A stretch of 64,000 bases of DNA from an uncultured virus (IMG/VR IMGVR_UViG_3300048930_001331). Its lineage: Duplodnaviria > Heunggongvirae > Uroviricota > Caudoviricetes. A model generated the notes under the pieces. It worked only from the letters and a program-made list of their open reading frames with translations. It had not been told where the DNA came from and searched no databases. Below, piece after piece: positions 45,557 through 55,131 of the stretch. Within the stretch, counting starts at the first letter, position 1; every line of letters begins with the position of its first letter. The translations under genes were made by a program, and so were the position numbers. Location of the stretch: the IMG/VR virus record IMGVR_UViG_3300048930_001331; one strand, 5' to 3'.

Positions 45557-45946
45557 TCAGGCGGCAATACCCAAACGCGGTGCGCAAACTTCACACCTGC
45601 AATTCCTACCGATGAAATAGTCGAAGTATTCCTTACCGTAATTGATCGTGATCTCGTCCCCGATCTCGATCCGGCGTTTGGCATAGATGTAGAGACGATT
45701 GAATCTGGTCAGAACGACGTATGCGTTCGGCCGGCAGGAGTGATTGATATAGCGGGCGATATGCCGCCGCGCCGTTGCATCGATCGCTGATCCCCCGCGG
45801 CCTGTCATGAGGTAGCGACCGTCCTGCGGCTCGCCCTTGCGGATGATCCTGCCGGTGTATTGGACGATGTAATCACTCCTCCGGAACGGACGCTCAGCGA
45901 AGATTCCAAGGCCCGAGAGGCCGCGGCCAACCCTGATTTTTTGCAT
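45557..45946 (-). CDS. SET-domain protein-lysine methyltransferase
   Basis: GLGIFA; YTGRII; ARYINHSCRPN; EITINY; post-SET CRCEVC. Confidence 0.92.
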   Translation of the reverse strand: MQKIRVGRGLSGLGIFAERPFRRSDYIVQYTGRIIRKGEPQDGRYLMTGRGGSAIDATARRHIARYINHSCRPNAYVVLTRFNRLYIYAKRRIEIGDEITINYGKEYFDYFIGRNCRCEVCAPRLGIAA

Positions 45947-46636
45947 GGGACTAAACGCCTATTAGGCAGCCTTATCAGGCACTTAGGACCATAGACCTAG
46001 ATAGGAATATTAACAGGCCCGCTACCAGGAGGATATATCCCCTAGCCGAAGGAGGATATTTCCGCTATTATCCTCTTCGGATTCGGAAATAGGCGACTAG
46101 GACCGAATACCCAATAAGTCTCAGAGCCGATAACGATCCAATCTCACAGTGGCCGATACGCCCCGAGATGGAATGGCCGAAAAAAGAGACGGGCTGTTTG
46201 ACAACCGCATCTGACCAGAACGCCTGCGAGGGCGCGAGCACCTCGGCCATTTTTCCGTGCCGCCTTCGCCAGTGCGTCCCCAAAAAACCCAATCCAGACT
46301 TCCTGCCCACCGTCGCTCGAAAGCGCCGGGCAGGTTAAGCGCGCGAACCATCACAGTGGCCGATATGCCCCGATGGGGAGCGGAGCGGGATAACAGAGTA
46401 AGGACGCAAGAATCGCAGGCTTGGTCAGAGACATCCCTAAGCGCCGGACCAAAATCGCAGCAGTAGCAAATCGTCGGTATGCGCAGACGCTTACGAGCGT
46501 CGGCGTGATGACGTGCGACCAGTAGTCCGGAAATGAAAGCCTTAGCTAGTGCAGCCGGTGACAGCGGCTGCATCAGGGTGAGGCTGATCTCACCAAACGG
46601 CCATTCGGCCTGTCACAACTCAATCGGAGAACTACC
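45947..46636. promoter_or_regulatory. Divergent late/early control region
   Basis: About 690 bp without a convincing ORF between divergent units; AT-richer, with direct and inverted repeats. Confidence 0.55.
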
Positions 46637-46921
46637 ATGTCCAAGAAGACCAGCAAGACCGTTGCCCGCAAGTCCTCGACCAAAGCTGCGGCCAGCAAAT
46701 CCCTCGTCAAGAAGTCGAAGCCGACCAGCGTGCCCCAGGTCGCGCATCGTTCCAACTACAAGCCGGGCGACAAGGTGCAACTCCTGAGCCTCACGACACT
46801 GAAGCCGATCGGCTCGGTGCTGAAAGTCCAGAAGCCCGAGAAGGGCGAGCTGAGCCCCGGCAAGGGCTGGTTCATCGTGAAGGATCTGTGGACGCATCAC
46901 ACCGGCCTCGTGCCGGCCTGA
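46637..46921 (+). CDS. Small protein with Lys/Ser-rich N-tail and SH3/KOW-like C-domain
   Basis: GGAG SD; MSKKTSKTVARKSSTKAA...; YKPGDKVQL..WFIV. Confidence 0.75.
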   Translation: MSKKTSKTVARKSSTKAAASKSLVKKSKPTSVPQVAHRSNYKPGDKVQLLSLTTLKPIGSVLKVQKPEKGELSPGKGWFIVKDLWTHHTGLVPA

Positions 46922-47201
46922 TCCAAAGCCCCTCTCACCTTCCTTTAATCCGGCTGCGGGCGAAAGCCCGCGGCCTCTTTTCATGCTACGGTGCAACCAT
47001 GATCACCGTTCGCCCACCCCGCAACCATCTCGCCCCGTGCAGGATCGCGTTCATCGACCAGCGCGATCCGATCCTGCCGGTCGAGTTGGCCCGGCACCGT
47101 CGCCCAGCGCTGCGGGCCATCCCGCGAGTTTATCCGCCAGCCCTGCGCGTGGCAGCTCGACGCGAGTGGTTTGCACTCAACGGCGCCAAGCCTGTCACAC
47201 C

Positions 47202-47507
47202 TCAACGCCTCCGGCGCCTGCGCTTCGGTTGAATCGACCGGTTCTTTTTCGCGCTGATCACTCGCGTCCGATATCGACTAAGTGATCCTGACCGCTTCGC
47301 CCCGACATGATGGACGTGCTTGCCGTCGCCCTTGCGAACGAGCCCGCGCTTCATCGCCTTGCGGCGAGCCTTATTCCTCTCAGACCTGCGCTTGACCTGC
47401 GCTCGTGAGGCTGCCCATCGGGCTTCCTTCGCGTAGTTACGCCAGCGACCGCCGACAAATACGCGGCCGCTGCGAACGCTTCTGCGTCTCCACATTCGTC
47501 GGGCCAT
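47202..47507 (-). CDS. Arg-rich HNH-like small protein
   Basis: RNKARRKAMKRGLVRKGDGKHVHH...KNRS. Confidence 0.55.
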   Translation of the reverse strand: MARRMWRRRSVRSGRVFVGGRWRNYAKEARWAASRAQVKRRSERNKARRKAMKRGLVRKGDGKHVHHVGAKRSGSLSRYRTRVISAKKNRSIQPKRRRRRR

Positions 47508-47714
47508 CGGCCTGTCACGCTTTCTACAAAGCCGCCTTGCCGGGCGGCATCAGCACAAGGGGAAAGACAATGACCAAGCAATCCGCTATCCGCCTCGCCC
47601 GCCTGCATCGCGCAGCTGGTCGCAAGGTCCGCGTTCATCGCCATCGCGGTGTCGACTATCGCGACCGTGCCCGCGTTTTCTACACCCTGTCAGTCCAGTG
47701 ATCGGGAGGGCAGG

Positions 47715-48254
47715 ATGACCGAACATCTGCTCAGAGTCGCGCTTCACGCGCTCAACCTGATCCCGAACACGCATATCGCTCATGACGATTATCGCACGAC
47801 CTATAGCTTGGCCGCCGCGATCGAGAGATCGCTGTCGGCCACGGAAGCCGAGAAGCCGACACGCACCTTCGCGCTACGAGCAGAGGCTGTTGCCTGTATC
47901 TGGGAAGCCATGCTCGATCTGAGGCTCAACAGCGCGCCAGACACTCCGCTGAAGCGCGCAATCGACCCGCTATTCGACAGCTACGGCACAGCGGAGATGC
48001 GGCATGTCGCGATCTCCCTCGCTGACACCTTGTTGGATGTCTACGAGTTCATTCCAGCAGACCAGCAGCAAGAACTCGACCTGTTGCCATACGACTGGTG
48101 TTTCGTGCCGATGTTCCTCGACGCGATCGACTGGTCCAAGCTGAATGTCTTTTCGGAATATCAAGGAACACAATGGGCTGGCGAGCCCCATCTGATCGCA
48201 GCCAAGATGATCAATGCGGCACGATCGCTGATCAATAAGCGTACTGCAGCGTAA
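47715..48254 (+). CDS. Hypothetical early protein
   Basis: GGAGG upstream; PYDWCFVPMFL. Confidence 0.6.
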   Translation: MTEHLLRVALHALNLIPNTHIAHDDYRTTYSLAAAIERSLSATEAEKPTRTFALRAEAVACIWEAMLDLRLNSAPDTPLKRAIDPLFDSYGTAEMRHVAISLADTLLDVYEFIPADQQQELDLLPYDWCFVPMFLDAIDWSKLNVFSEYQGTQWAGEPHLIAAKMINAARSLINKRTAA

Positions 48255-48509
48255 CCCACCACCAGCGCTCTTGCCGGAGCGCATACCAAGAGGAAAATCC
48301 GATGCTGAATCTCGTTGCCCTTCCGGGCGACGCCTACATGCTCGTGTCCAAAACCGAGCCCGAGAAGGCGTTGGCCTGGATACTCCCCGTCGATGGCGCC
48401 TACAGCGTCACATCCCGTTGCGGCACTTCGACATTTTCCATGTGCGAAGCAACGCCATTGTCGCTGCGATCCGCGCTTGTCAGGGCCGCAAGCCTCTCAG
48501 GAGAGCGGC

Positions 48510-48857
48510 ATGAACGATATCAGATCGCAACTCATGGAGATGTGCGCCAGGCACTACGAGGAGCTTGGCGTCTGCTGGCACATGGAGCGGCAGAGAACCG
48601 CCTCATGGTACTTCAGCTCATTCTCCAACCGCTTCGGCGAAAAGGGGAACGGCGCGAAGGCGCTGCGCGAACTCTGCGAGTACGCCGACGCAGTCGGCAT
48701 CAGCATCGAACTGTTTGCGCAGCACCGCAGCGGCCAGCGTGAAAAGCTCGTTCAATACTACGAGTCCTTCGGATTTTTCGACAACGGCGATCGCCTCGGC
48801 CAATGCACATGCATGACGCGCGAGCCGATTTCCGCTTCCGAACGGAGGGTGGCATGA
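48510..48857 (+). CDS. GNAT acetyltransferase-like protein
   Basis: KGNGAKALRELCEYAD..IELFA..LVQYYESFGF. Confidence 0.6.
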   Translation: MNDIRSQLMEMCARHYEELGVCWHMERQRTASWYFSSFSNRFGEKGNGAKALRELCEYADAVGISIELFAQHRSGQREKLVQYYESFGFFDNGDRLGQCTCMTREPISASERRVA

Positions 48858-50089
48858 TCGACATCCGCAACCCAACCAACCGCCGCACTGAATGCCGGAT
48901 CGTGCGGATCAACGGCCTGCAGCTCGTGTTCAGCCACAACACGCTGATCGGCTTCTTCGCTGCCGGTGACACGTCATCCCGTGAGCGGGCGTACCGCCTC
49001 GAAAACCGATGGGGTCCGACGACCGGGCGACACATGATGGAGTCCGGCATCTATCACGCCGCCATCGTCACCGAGCAGCAGCTGCGCGACCTCGTGCAGA
49101 CCGAGCTTCTGTGCTGCGTCGAGTTCGGCGGCACAGAGATTGAGGAGGCGGCGTGATGAGGCCGCCCCCCGGCACAATGATCTACTGGCGCCCCCGCAGC
49201 CTGTGCCGCTGCGGAGAGCAGATGCGTGAGAACCAATGGCAGTTCGGATATGTCACCTACCTCAACGACCCCGACCTGATCCGCCTTGGCAGTTGGAATG
49301 GGGACACGATGGGCGGCCAGATCATGTCTGCGTCCGGCATCGAGTGGCGGCCGTACCGACGATGATAGCCCACTACGAAGGCGTGGCAGCCGCGATGCTC
49401 GGCCTGTCACCAGCATCAAACCCATATCGCCGCATCCTGCGGCTCCAATGGGCGAAGCGGCGCGAGACATCGCGCTTCCTACACATCCTCGCAAACGCTT
49501 GGGACGGCGGCCATCGGGCTGCCGTTTCGCTTTCACCTTTCACAACGGAGGACCGAAGTGGACCAGAGCTACAAGACCAGACGACCTTATCTGCGCATGA
49601 AGGCCGACCAGCATTGGGAGATGGCCGGCCTGGCTCGGCAGGACAACGACATGAAGGACGCTGAGCGCCACACGCAGCTGGCGCGCGAGTTTGAGCAGAA
49701 ATGGAGGGATGCCGAACAATGACCTTCGAGGCTCACATCCGCGTCGTGTTCGACGCCAACAGCAAGACCGAGGCGCAGCTGCGCGCCAGCAACATGATCG
49801 AGGCGCTGTCGGATGCCGGCGCTTTGCTCGCGACCATCATCGACCCGAGACCGGTGCGGGACCACAACATCGGCGAGCAGGTGGACTCATGAAGACCACC
49901 GGATCACCCATCAGACGAATGATCAAGTGGACCCACGATGCCAAATCGATGGGTATCGCAGGCAAGTCAGCCGGCCAGACGCTGGCTCGTAGATTCGCTA
50001 CGGAGCACGGCATCGCCGTGATCCTGAAGAGTGACCGCTCGATCATCGCTTACGATCGCTTCGGGTCGAAGTTCAAGTTCAAGCCCTGA
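48854..50089 (+). other. Run of small early hypothetical ORFs (48854..49156, 49153..49365, 49558..49722, 49719..49892, 49889..50089)
   Basis: ATGA/GTGA overlaps and SD motifs. Confidence 0.55.
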
Positions 50090-50133
50090 CCAACAACCGG
50101 GTTGCCGCCCGGTCAACACACAAGAGGAAAACC

Positions 50134-51015
50134 ATGACTCAGTTTCATGTCGTGCGCGTGCGCGACGGCGAAGACGATCTCATCTGTCGCAACGGAGATG
50201 GCTCCGGCCACCGCGTCTTCGACAACGGCCGTGCCGCTGCCGAATACGCACAGGATATGCGCAAGCAACATCCTGACTACAGATACATTCCACGACCGAT
50301 CCGCGAAGCCAATTCAGACTGGCGGCAGCGACAGCTGGAACGATTGGCCAACGGTCACTACAAGTTGGTGCCGTGGCCATCGCCGCTCACGACCTACACC
50401 GACCACTTCCTGCACATCTCGACGAAGGACCCCGAGAAGGTGGCCTTCACGGAGTCGCCCGAGAAGGGCGAACGCGACATCCAGACTCAGCTGTCGCCCG
50501 GCAAATACCTGACACGCTTCTTCCCGAACCTGTCCCCGGATTCTGTCAGGCATTACGCCAACATGGTTGGCGCCGATCATCTCGAGTTCAAGATCGCGAT
50601 GACGGTCGAGGAGATCACCGAGGTCTACGTGAACGGTCCGAAGTCCTGCATGTCGGGAAAGATGGGAGGGGACTTTTCCGGCGGCCTTCATCCAGTCGCG
50701 GCTTACGCCACTGGCGACTTCGGCGTCGCTTACCTTGAGCGTCACGGCAGCATCACGGCACGGAGCGTCGTGGTGCCCGAGCGAAAGCTCTACGTCGACA
50801 TCTATGGCGACTACGACCGACTGAGCGCCGCGCTCAAAAACGCTGGGTATCGGCGTAGTGACCGCCGCGATGACTTCCTGGGTCTGAAACTCAAAGCCAT
50901 CAAGCGACAGGACGAGCCCTACCGGGATCGACCCGGATATTGGGTGCGCCCGCACCTGGACTTCCCGTTCTACGACCTTCGTCACGAAGGCGAATACCTG
51001 ATCGTTGTCGACTGA
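50134..51015 (+). CDS. Hypothetical early protein, paralogue A
   Basis: HISTKDPEKVAFTESPEKGERDIQT..GKYLTRFF..GPKSCM. Confidence 0.75.
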   Translation: MTQFHVVRVRDGEDDLICRNGDGSGHRVFDNGRAAAEYAQDMRKQHPDYRYIPRPIREANSDWRQRQLERLANGHYKLVPWPSPLTTYTDHFLHISTKDPEKVAFTESPEKGERDIQTQLSPGKYLTRFFPNLSPDSVRHYANMVGADHLEFKIAMTVEEITEVYVNGPKSCMSGKMGGDFSGGLHPVAAYATGDFGVAYLERHGSITARSVVVPERKLYVDIYGDYDRLSAALKNAGYRRSDRRDDFLGLKLKAIKRQDEPYRDRPGYWVRPHLDFPFYDLRHEGEYLIVVD

Positions 51016-51052
51016 CCGCTTTGCCGAGCGGTTTCTCAAGAGGAAAACAGAA

Positions 51053-52456
51053 ATGCAATTCCAGATCGTCGAACTGACTGCGTCCGGCGTCGTGCCGGTC
51101 ATGCAGGGCAGCGAGCCTGTCACGTTCATCAACGGCAAGGACGCTGCAAACTTCGCCCGCTCTCTCGCGATTGCGAAGGGTGGAAAATACCAACCGCGGC
51201 CGATCAAGGATATGAACTGGCGCGACCGCGAGCGCGCCAGATTCCAGAACGGCTCCTATCAGGAGCTGCCTTGGGCGCAGCAAAAGTGGTGGCGAAAGAG
51301 CGAATGCGCGAAGAACCACTTCGCGCATGTCAGCGTCAAGAAGCCTGGCCTTGTGGCCTTTACCGAGTCTGACGAAAAGGGCTCTCAGGACGTCCAGACT
51401 TCAATGAAGGCCGGTCGCTACCTGACCCGCTTCTTCGCCGATGTCCTGTCGGAAGACCAGATCAGGGACTACGCGCACGAGTTCTCGGTCCAGTTCGAGG
51501 ACGGCGTCCTGCTGTTCGCCGAGACCGCTGACGAGATCGAGTGGGTCTACTGCAATGGCCCAAGCTCATGCATGGGCAACGAGACGCAGCGGAAAGCCAA
51601 TGGATGGGGCAACTTCCGAAGCCCCTTCCACCCGGTACGGGTCTACGCGGCCGGCGACTTGCAGGTGGCGTACATCCGCGAGGGTGAGAAGGTAATCTCC
51701 AGGGCTTTGGTCTGGCCGGAGAAGAAGACTCACTCCCGCTGCTATGGCGACGAGTACCGCATCCAGCAATTACTGCAGCAGGAAGGCTATCGGTTTGCCG
51801 CGCCTGTTGGCGCCAAGATCGAACGCCACGTCGTGAACGACCAATACTTCGTTGCGCCGTATATCGACCGCGGCGAAAGCTCTGGTGGCGGGTCGCTTTG
51901 CGTGGCGGATCGCGAAACGCATCTCGAGATCGTCATCTCAGGGCAGCAATGCGACCAGCTCTACGGCCTGACACGCCGGTACGGCATCGGCGATGTTATC
52001 AGCGACGACGATGACGAGGACGAGGAATACGACTTTCATTGCAACTCTTGCGATGAAGGCTCGAACGGTGAGTCGTATGTCGTTTTCACCGCACGCAATC
52101 GCGAGCGTGTCTGGTGTCAGAGTTGCTACGAGAACAGCACGTTCTATTGCGACGCGCTGGAGCGCGACTTCAGCTCCGACTCTGTCACTAGCTACGAACT
52201 TGAGACCGGTGAGACGTGGTCTGAGTTCGCATTCGATGATGACGGAGCCGAGTGCGAGGCCACCAACACGTACTGGCCGGTCGGCGATACCGTCACTCTA
52301 GCGCGCGGCGCTGTCTGGAGCCGGCACCATCTCGATCGACATGGCGGCCAGTGCCTTGGGTGCCGTGAATACTTTTCGTCCGACGACCTCAACGAGGCCG
52401 GCGACAACTTCGCATGCGAATGCGATCGCGCGCACCAGCGTGAAATCCTTTCCTAA
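51053..52456 (+). CDS. Hypothetical early protein, paralogue B with Cys-rich C-terminus
   Basis: HVSVKKPGLVAFTESDEKGSQDVQT..GRYLTRFF..GPSSCM; several CxxC pairs. Confidence 0.75.
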   Translation: MQFQIVELTASGVVPVMQGSEPVTFINGKDAANFARSLAIAKGGKYQPRPIKDMNWRDRERARFQNGSYQELPWAQQKWWRKSECAKNHFAHVSVKKPGLVAFTESDEKGSQDVQTSMKAGRYLTRFFADVLSEDQIRDYAHEFSVQFEDGVLLFAETADEIEWVYCNGPSSCMGNETQRKANGWGNFRSPFHPVRVYAAGDLQVAYIREGEKVISRALVWPEKKTHSRCYGDEYRIQQLLQQEGYRFAAPVGAKIERHVVNDQYFVAPYIDRGESSGGGSLCVADRETHLEIVISGQQCDQLYGLTRRYGIGDVISDDDDEDEEYDFHCNSCDEGSNGESYVVFTARNRERVWCQSCYENSTFYCDALERDFSSDSVTSYELETGETWSEFAFDDDGAECEATNTYWPVGDTVTLARGAVWSRHHLDRHGGQCLGCREYFSSDDLNEAGDNFACECDRAHQREILS

Positions 52457-53523
52457 TGGGGACACAGATGACCTTCATGACCAACGAAGCCGACTACCAG
52501 ACGCTCTGGAACATGCTGCGCGTGCGACGTCCTGCCGGCAGCAAATCGGAGAGACGCTTTATCCGCGACTTCCTGCATCCGCTCGGGCTTAACGAGGATG
52601 GAGGCGGCAATCTCTGGAAGAGGATCGGAGACGATCCAATCATGTGGTCGTGTCACACCGACACCGTGCACAAGGACGGAGGCGAACAGAAGATCCAGAT
52701 GAAGGACGGTTTCATCTCGATCGCAAGGTCTGGAGCCTCCAACTGCCTCGGCGCGGATGACGGCGCTGGCATCTGGCTGATGCGCGAGATGATCCTGGCC
52801 GAACGCCCCGGCCTCTACATCTTCCACCGCGAGGAGGAACATGGCGGAGTCGGCTCGCGATACCTGACGAAGAACGAGAAGGAAATTGTCAGCGGCATTC
52901 AGGCCGCGATCGCTTTCGACCGTCGGGGCACGACCAACGTGATCACGCATCAGGCCGGAGGCCGATGTTGCTCGGACGATTTCGGCAAGTCTCTTGCGAG
53001 GGCGCTCAATCAGGATGGCCTCGCCTTGAACTACGAGACCTGCCCGGACGGCATCTTCACCGACACCGCCAACTATACGGACCTGATCGGCGAATGCACG
53101 AATGTGTCGGTGGGCTACTACGGCGAGCACACGTCAACCGAATGCTTGAGCTACGGACACATTCTCTCGCTGCGTCAGGCGCTGATGAATGTGAGGCTCG
53201 ATCAGCTCGTCGTGTCACGCAAGCCCGGCGAATTCGATCCAGATGACCTGGAAGACTACATGGGCTGGCGTTACGGCGGCTACGGCTCGAACTTCACGAC
53301 GTACACCACGAGCCAACGCGGCAAGGTGCCGAAAAAGTCTTTCAACCCCTCTCCATTCGGAGACGAAGAAGAGGAGGTCGAGTCCATGAGCATTTGGGAC
53401 ATGGTTCAGGAATTTCCTGATGCCGTTGCGGACTTCCTCGAACATCATTCTGGTGAAGAGGAACTGCGCCGCTTCATCATGGAGAGCTACGGGATGAACC
53501 GTCGCTCGCGATATCGCAGATAA
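52456..53523 (+). CDS. M20/M28-clan zinc peptidase-like protein
   Basis: CHTDTVH; LGADDGAG; HREEEHGGVGS; AFDRRG; NVSVGYYGEH. Confidence 0.85.
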   Translation: MGTQMTFMTNEADYQTLWNMLRVRRPAGSKSERRFIRDFLHPLGLNEDGGGNLWKRIGDDPIMWSCHTDTVHKDGGEQKIQMKDGFISIARSGASNCLGADDGAGIWLMREMILAERPGLYIFHREEEHGGVGSRYLTKNEKEIVSGIQAAIAFDRRGTTNVITHQAGGRCCSDDFGKSLARALNQDGLALNYETCPDGIFTDTANYTDLIGECTNVSVGYYGEHTSTECLSYGHILSLRQALMNVRLDQLVVSRKPGEFDPDDLEDYMGWRYGGYGSNFTTYTTSQRGKVPKKSFNPSPFGDEEEEVESMSIWDMVQEFPDAVADFLEHHSGEEELRRFIMESYGMNRRSRYRR

Positions 53524-53621
53524 GCGGTGCGCCGGGGAGGTTGCCGCCTCCCCGGCATGGCTTGCGCCATGTCACGCGGCCCCTGCGCCGCAAGAGGAAA
53601 TCCCGGACAAAGGAAACCACG

Positions 53622-53990
53622 ATGACTGAAACCCTATACCGCATCACCGGCCAGCCTGTCACGAACGAGGATCGCGCAATTTTTGCGCGAGCTGCGGTCG
53701 AGGCGTTCAGAGAGGTGTGCAGCGGAAGCTCGCTCTACGACGAGAACGGCGACTTCAATCGCGAGGGTGTGGCTGAAGCGATCGGCGACCTGATCGGAAA
53801 CCTTATGCACCTCGCCGCTCTGGCCAACCTCGACCCAATCGGCCTGATCCAGCACGGCGTTTCGCACTATGAATGCGAGCGCCGATGGCCACCCGATGGG
53901 TTCGGCCCAGCGTCAGATCGGATCGATGTGTCGGTCTGCGTAACCATCGACAGCATCGCGCACGGTCTTGCCAAGCAGGCAGCACGATGA
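53622..53990 (+). CDS. Hypothetical early protein
   Basis: TNEDRA..AIGDLIGNLMH; AAGGA SD. Confidence 0.65.
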   Translation: MTETLYRITGQPVTNEDRAIFARAAVEAFREVCSGSSLYDENGDFNREGVAEAIGDLIGNLMHLAALANLDPIGLIQHGVSHYECERRWPPDGFGPASDRIDVSVCVTIDSIAHGLAKQAAR

Positions 53991-54472
53991 ACGGCAAGCT
54001 CAATCCGTTCTATCCAGCCACGTTCTCTACATCTGCGGAGCAGATCATTGAACGCTTCTCTGGCGCGCCGGGCATTGACCCGGAGGACGTTCGCAGATGC
54101 GTCGACGAGATGCGCAGGATGCAGCTGTGGAAGAACGACGAATATCAAGTCGGCATCAACAAGACGCCGCAGCACGGCTTTGGCGACGCCGAAGTATGGC
54201 ACCTGAGCATCAAGCGCCTGGACAAAGCGCCGGTCCACGACTGGCGTGATTTGCAAGCGATCAAGAACATGCTCGTAGGCCCCGAATATGAGGCCATCGA
54301 GCTGTACCCGGCAGAGAGCCGCCTGATGGACACCGCGAACCAGTACCACCTGTTCGTGTTTGTCCAGATGGGTGGCATCGATATGCCGACCATACCGCTC
54401 GGATTCACCGGGCGGGCAGTGAGTGGACCTGACGCTGCCGCGGTTCTCGGCGCTGTCCAGCGTCCACTCTAA
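53987..54472 (+). CDS. Hypothetical phage protein
   Basis: HLSIKRLD..HDWRDLQAIKN..AIELYPAESRLMDTANQYHL. Confidence 0.7.
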   Translation: MNGKLNPFYPATFSTSAEQIIERFSGAPGIDPEDVRRCVDEMRRMQLWKNDEYQVGINKTPQHGFGDAEVWHLSIKRLDKAPVHDWRDLQAIKNMLVGPEYEAIELYPAESRLMDTANQYHLFVFVQMGGIDMPTIPLGFTGRAVSGPDAAAVLGAVQRPL

Positions 54473-54500
54473 CAAGCGGGAGAAACCCGCAGGAGTGACG

Positions 54501-54953
54501 ATGATCTACACCATCGGATACGAATGCCTTTCCCCAATCGAGTTCGTCCGGATCGTCCGCAAGATGCATGCGGTCGTGATCGACGGTCGATTCATCAGGG
54601 GGCGGGCGAAACGTGGCTTCGGTGTTCTTCAGCTCGAAGCTGCGCTTGGCGACCAGTACGAGTGGCACGGCAACATCCTGGGCGGGTTCAACAACATCAC
54701 CCGCACGGGCGTGACCATGCTGCGTAACCGGCAGGAGCATGAAACCCTGCTGCTGGTTTGCATGGAGGAAGCTCCCGGTGAATGTCACCGCCACAACGGG
54801 ATATGCCATCCGCATTTCCCGGAGGCCGTGCACATTTTTCGGGACGAGTTGATCCTGGCTCGTGACCTTCAGGACAGCTTCTCGATGCCTGAAGAAACGG
54901 CCGACTACCCCTTGTGGGGGAACCTGTCGGACCTACTAGCAGACAGCGGATAA
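54501..54953 (+). CDS. DUF488-like protein
   Basis: IYTIGYE; LLVCMEEAPGECHR. Confidence 0.7.
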   Translation: MIYTIGYECLSPIEFVRIVRKMHAVVIDGRFIRGRAKRGFGVLQLEAALGDQYEWHGNILGGFNNITRTGVTMLRNRQEHETLLLVCMEEAPGECHRHNGICHPHFPEAVHIFRDELILARDLQDSFSMPEETADYPLWGNLSDLLADSG

Positions 54954-55131
54954 GTCCGCTCAAAGGGTGGATATTTCTTGTTTTTATCCACCGTCGCGAT
55001 ACTCTTTCGACACGGTTTGCCGACCGGACGCCGCAAGAGTGAGACGCCGCCCAGCGCCAGCCGGGGCGGCGTTTCTGTTTCAGGCTGGCACCACGCTGAC
55101 AATGCCTGTCAGCATATCAAGAGGAAAGACC

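Larger units (their letters stand above)
47531..55110 (+). promoter_or_regulatory. Dispersed family of TTGCCG-loop hairpins, mostly followed by CAAG(A/G)GGAAA ribosome-binding segments
   Basis: Copies at 47531, 48265, 50096, 51015, 53531 and 55013 have different perfect stems and the same loop. Confidence 0.8.
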
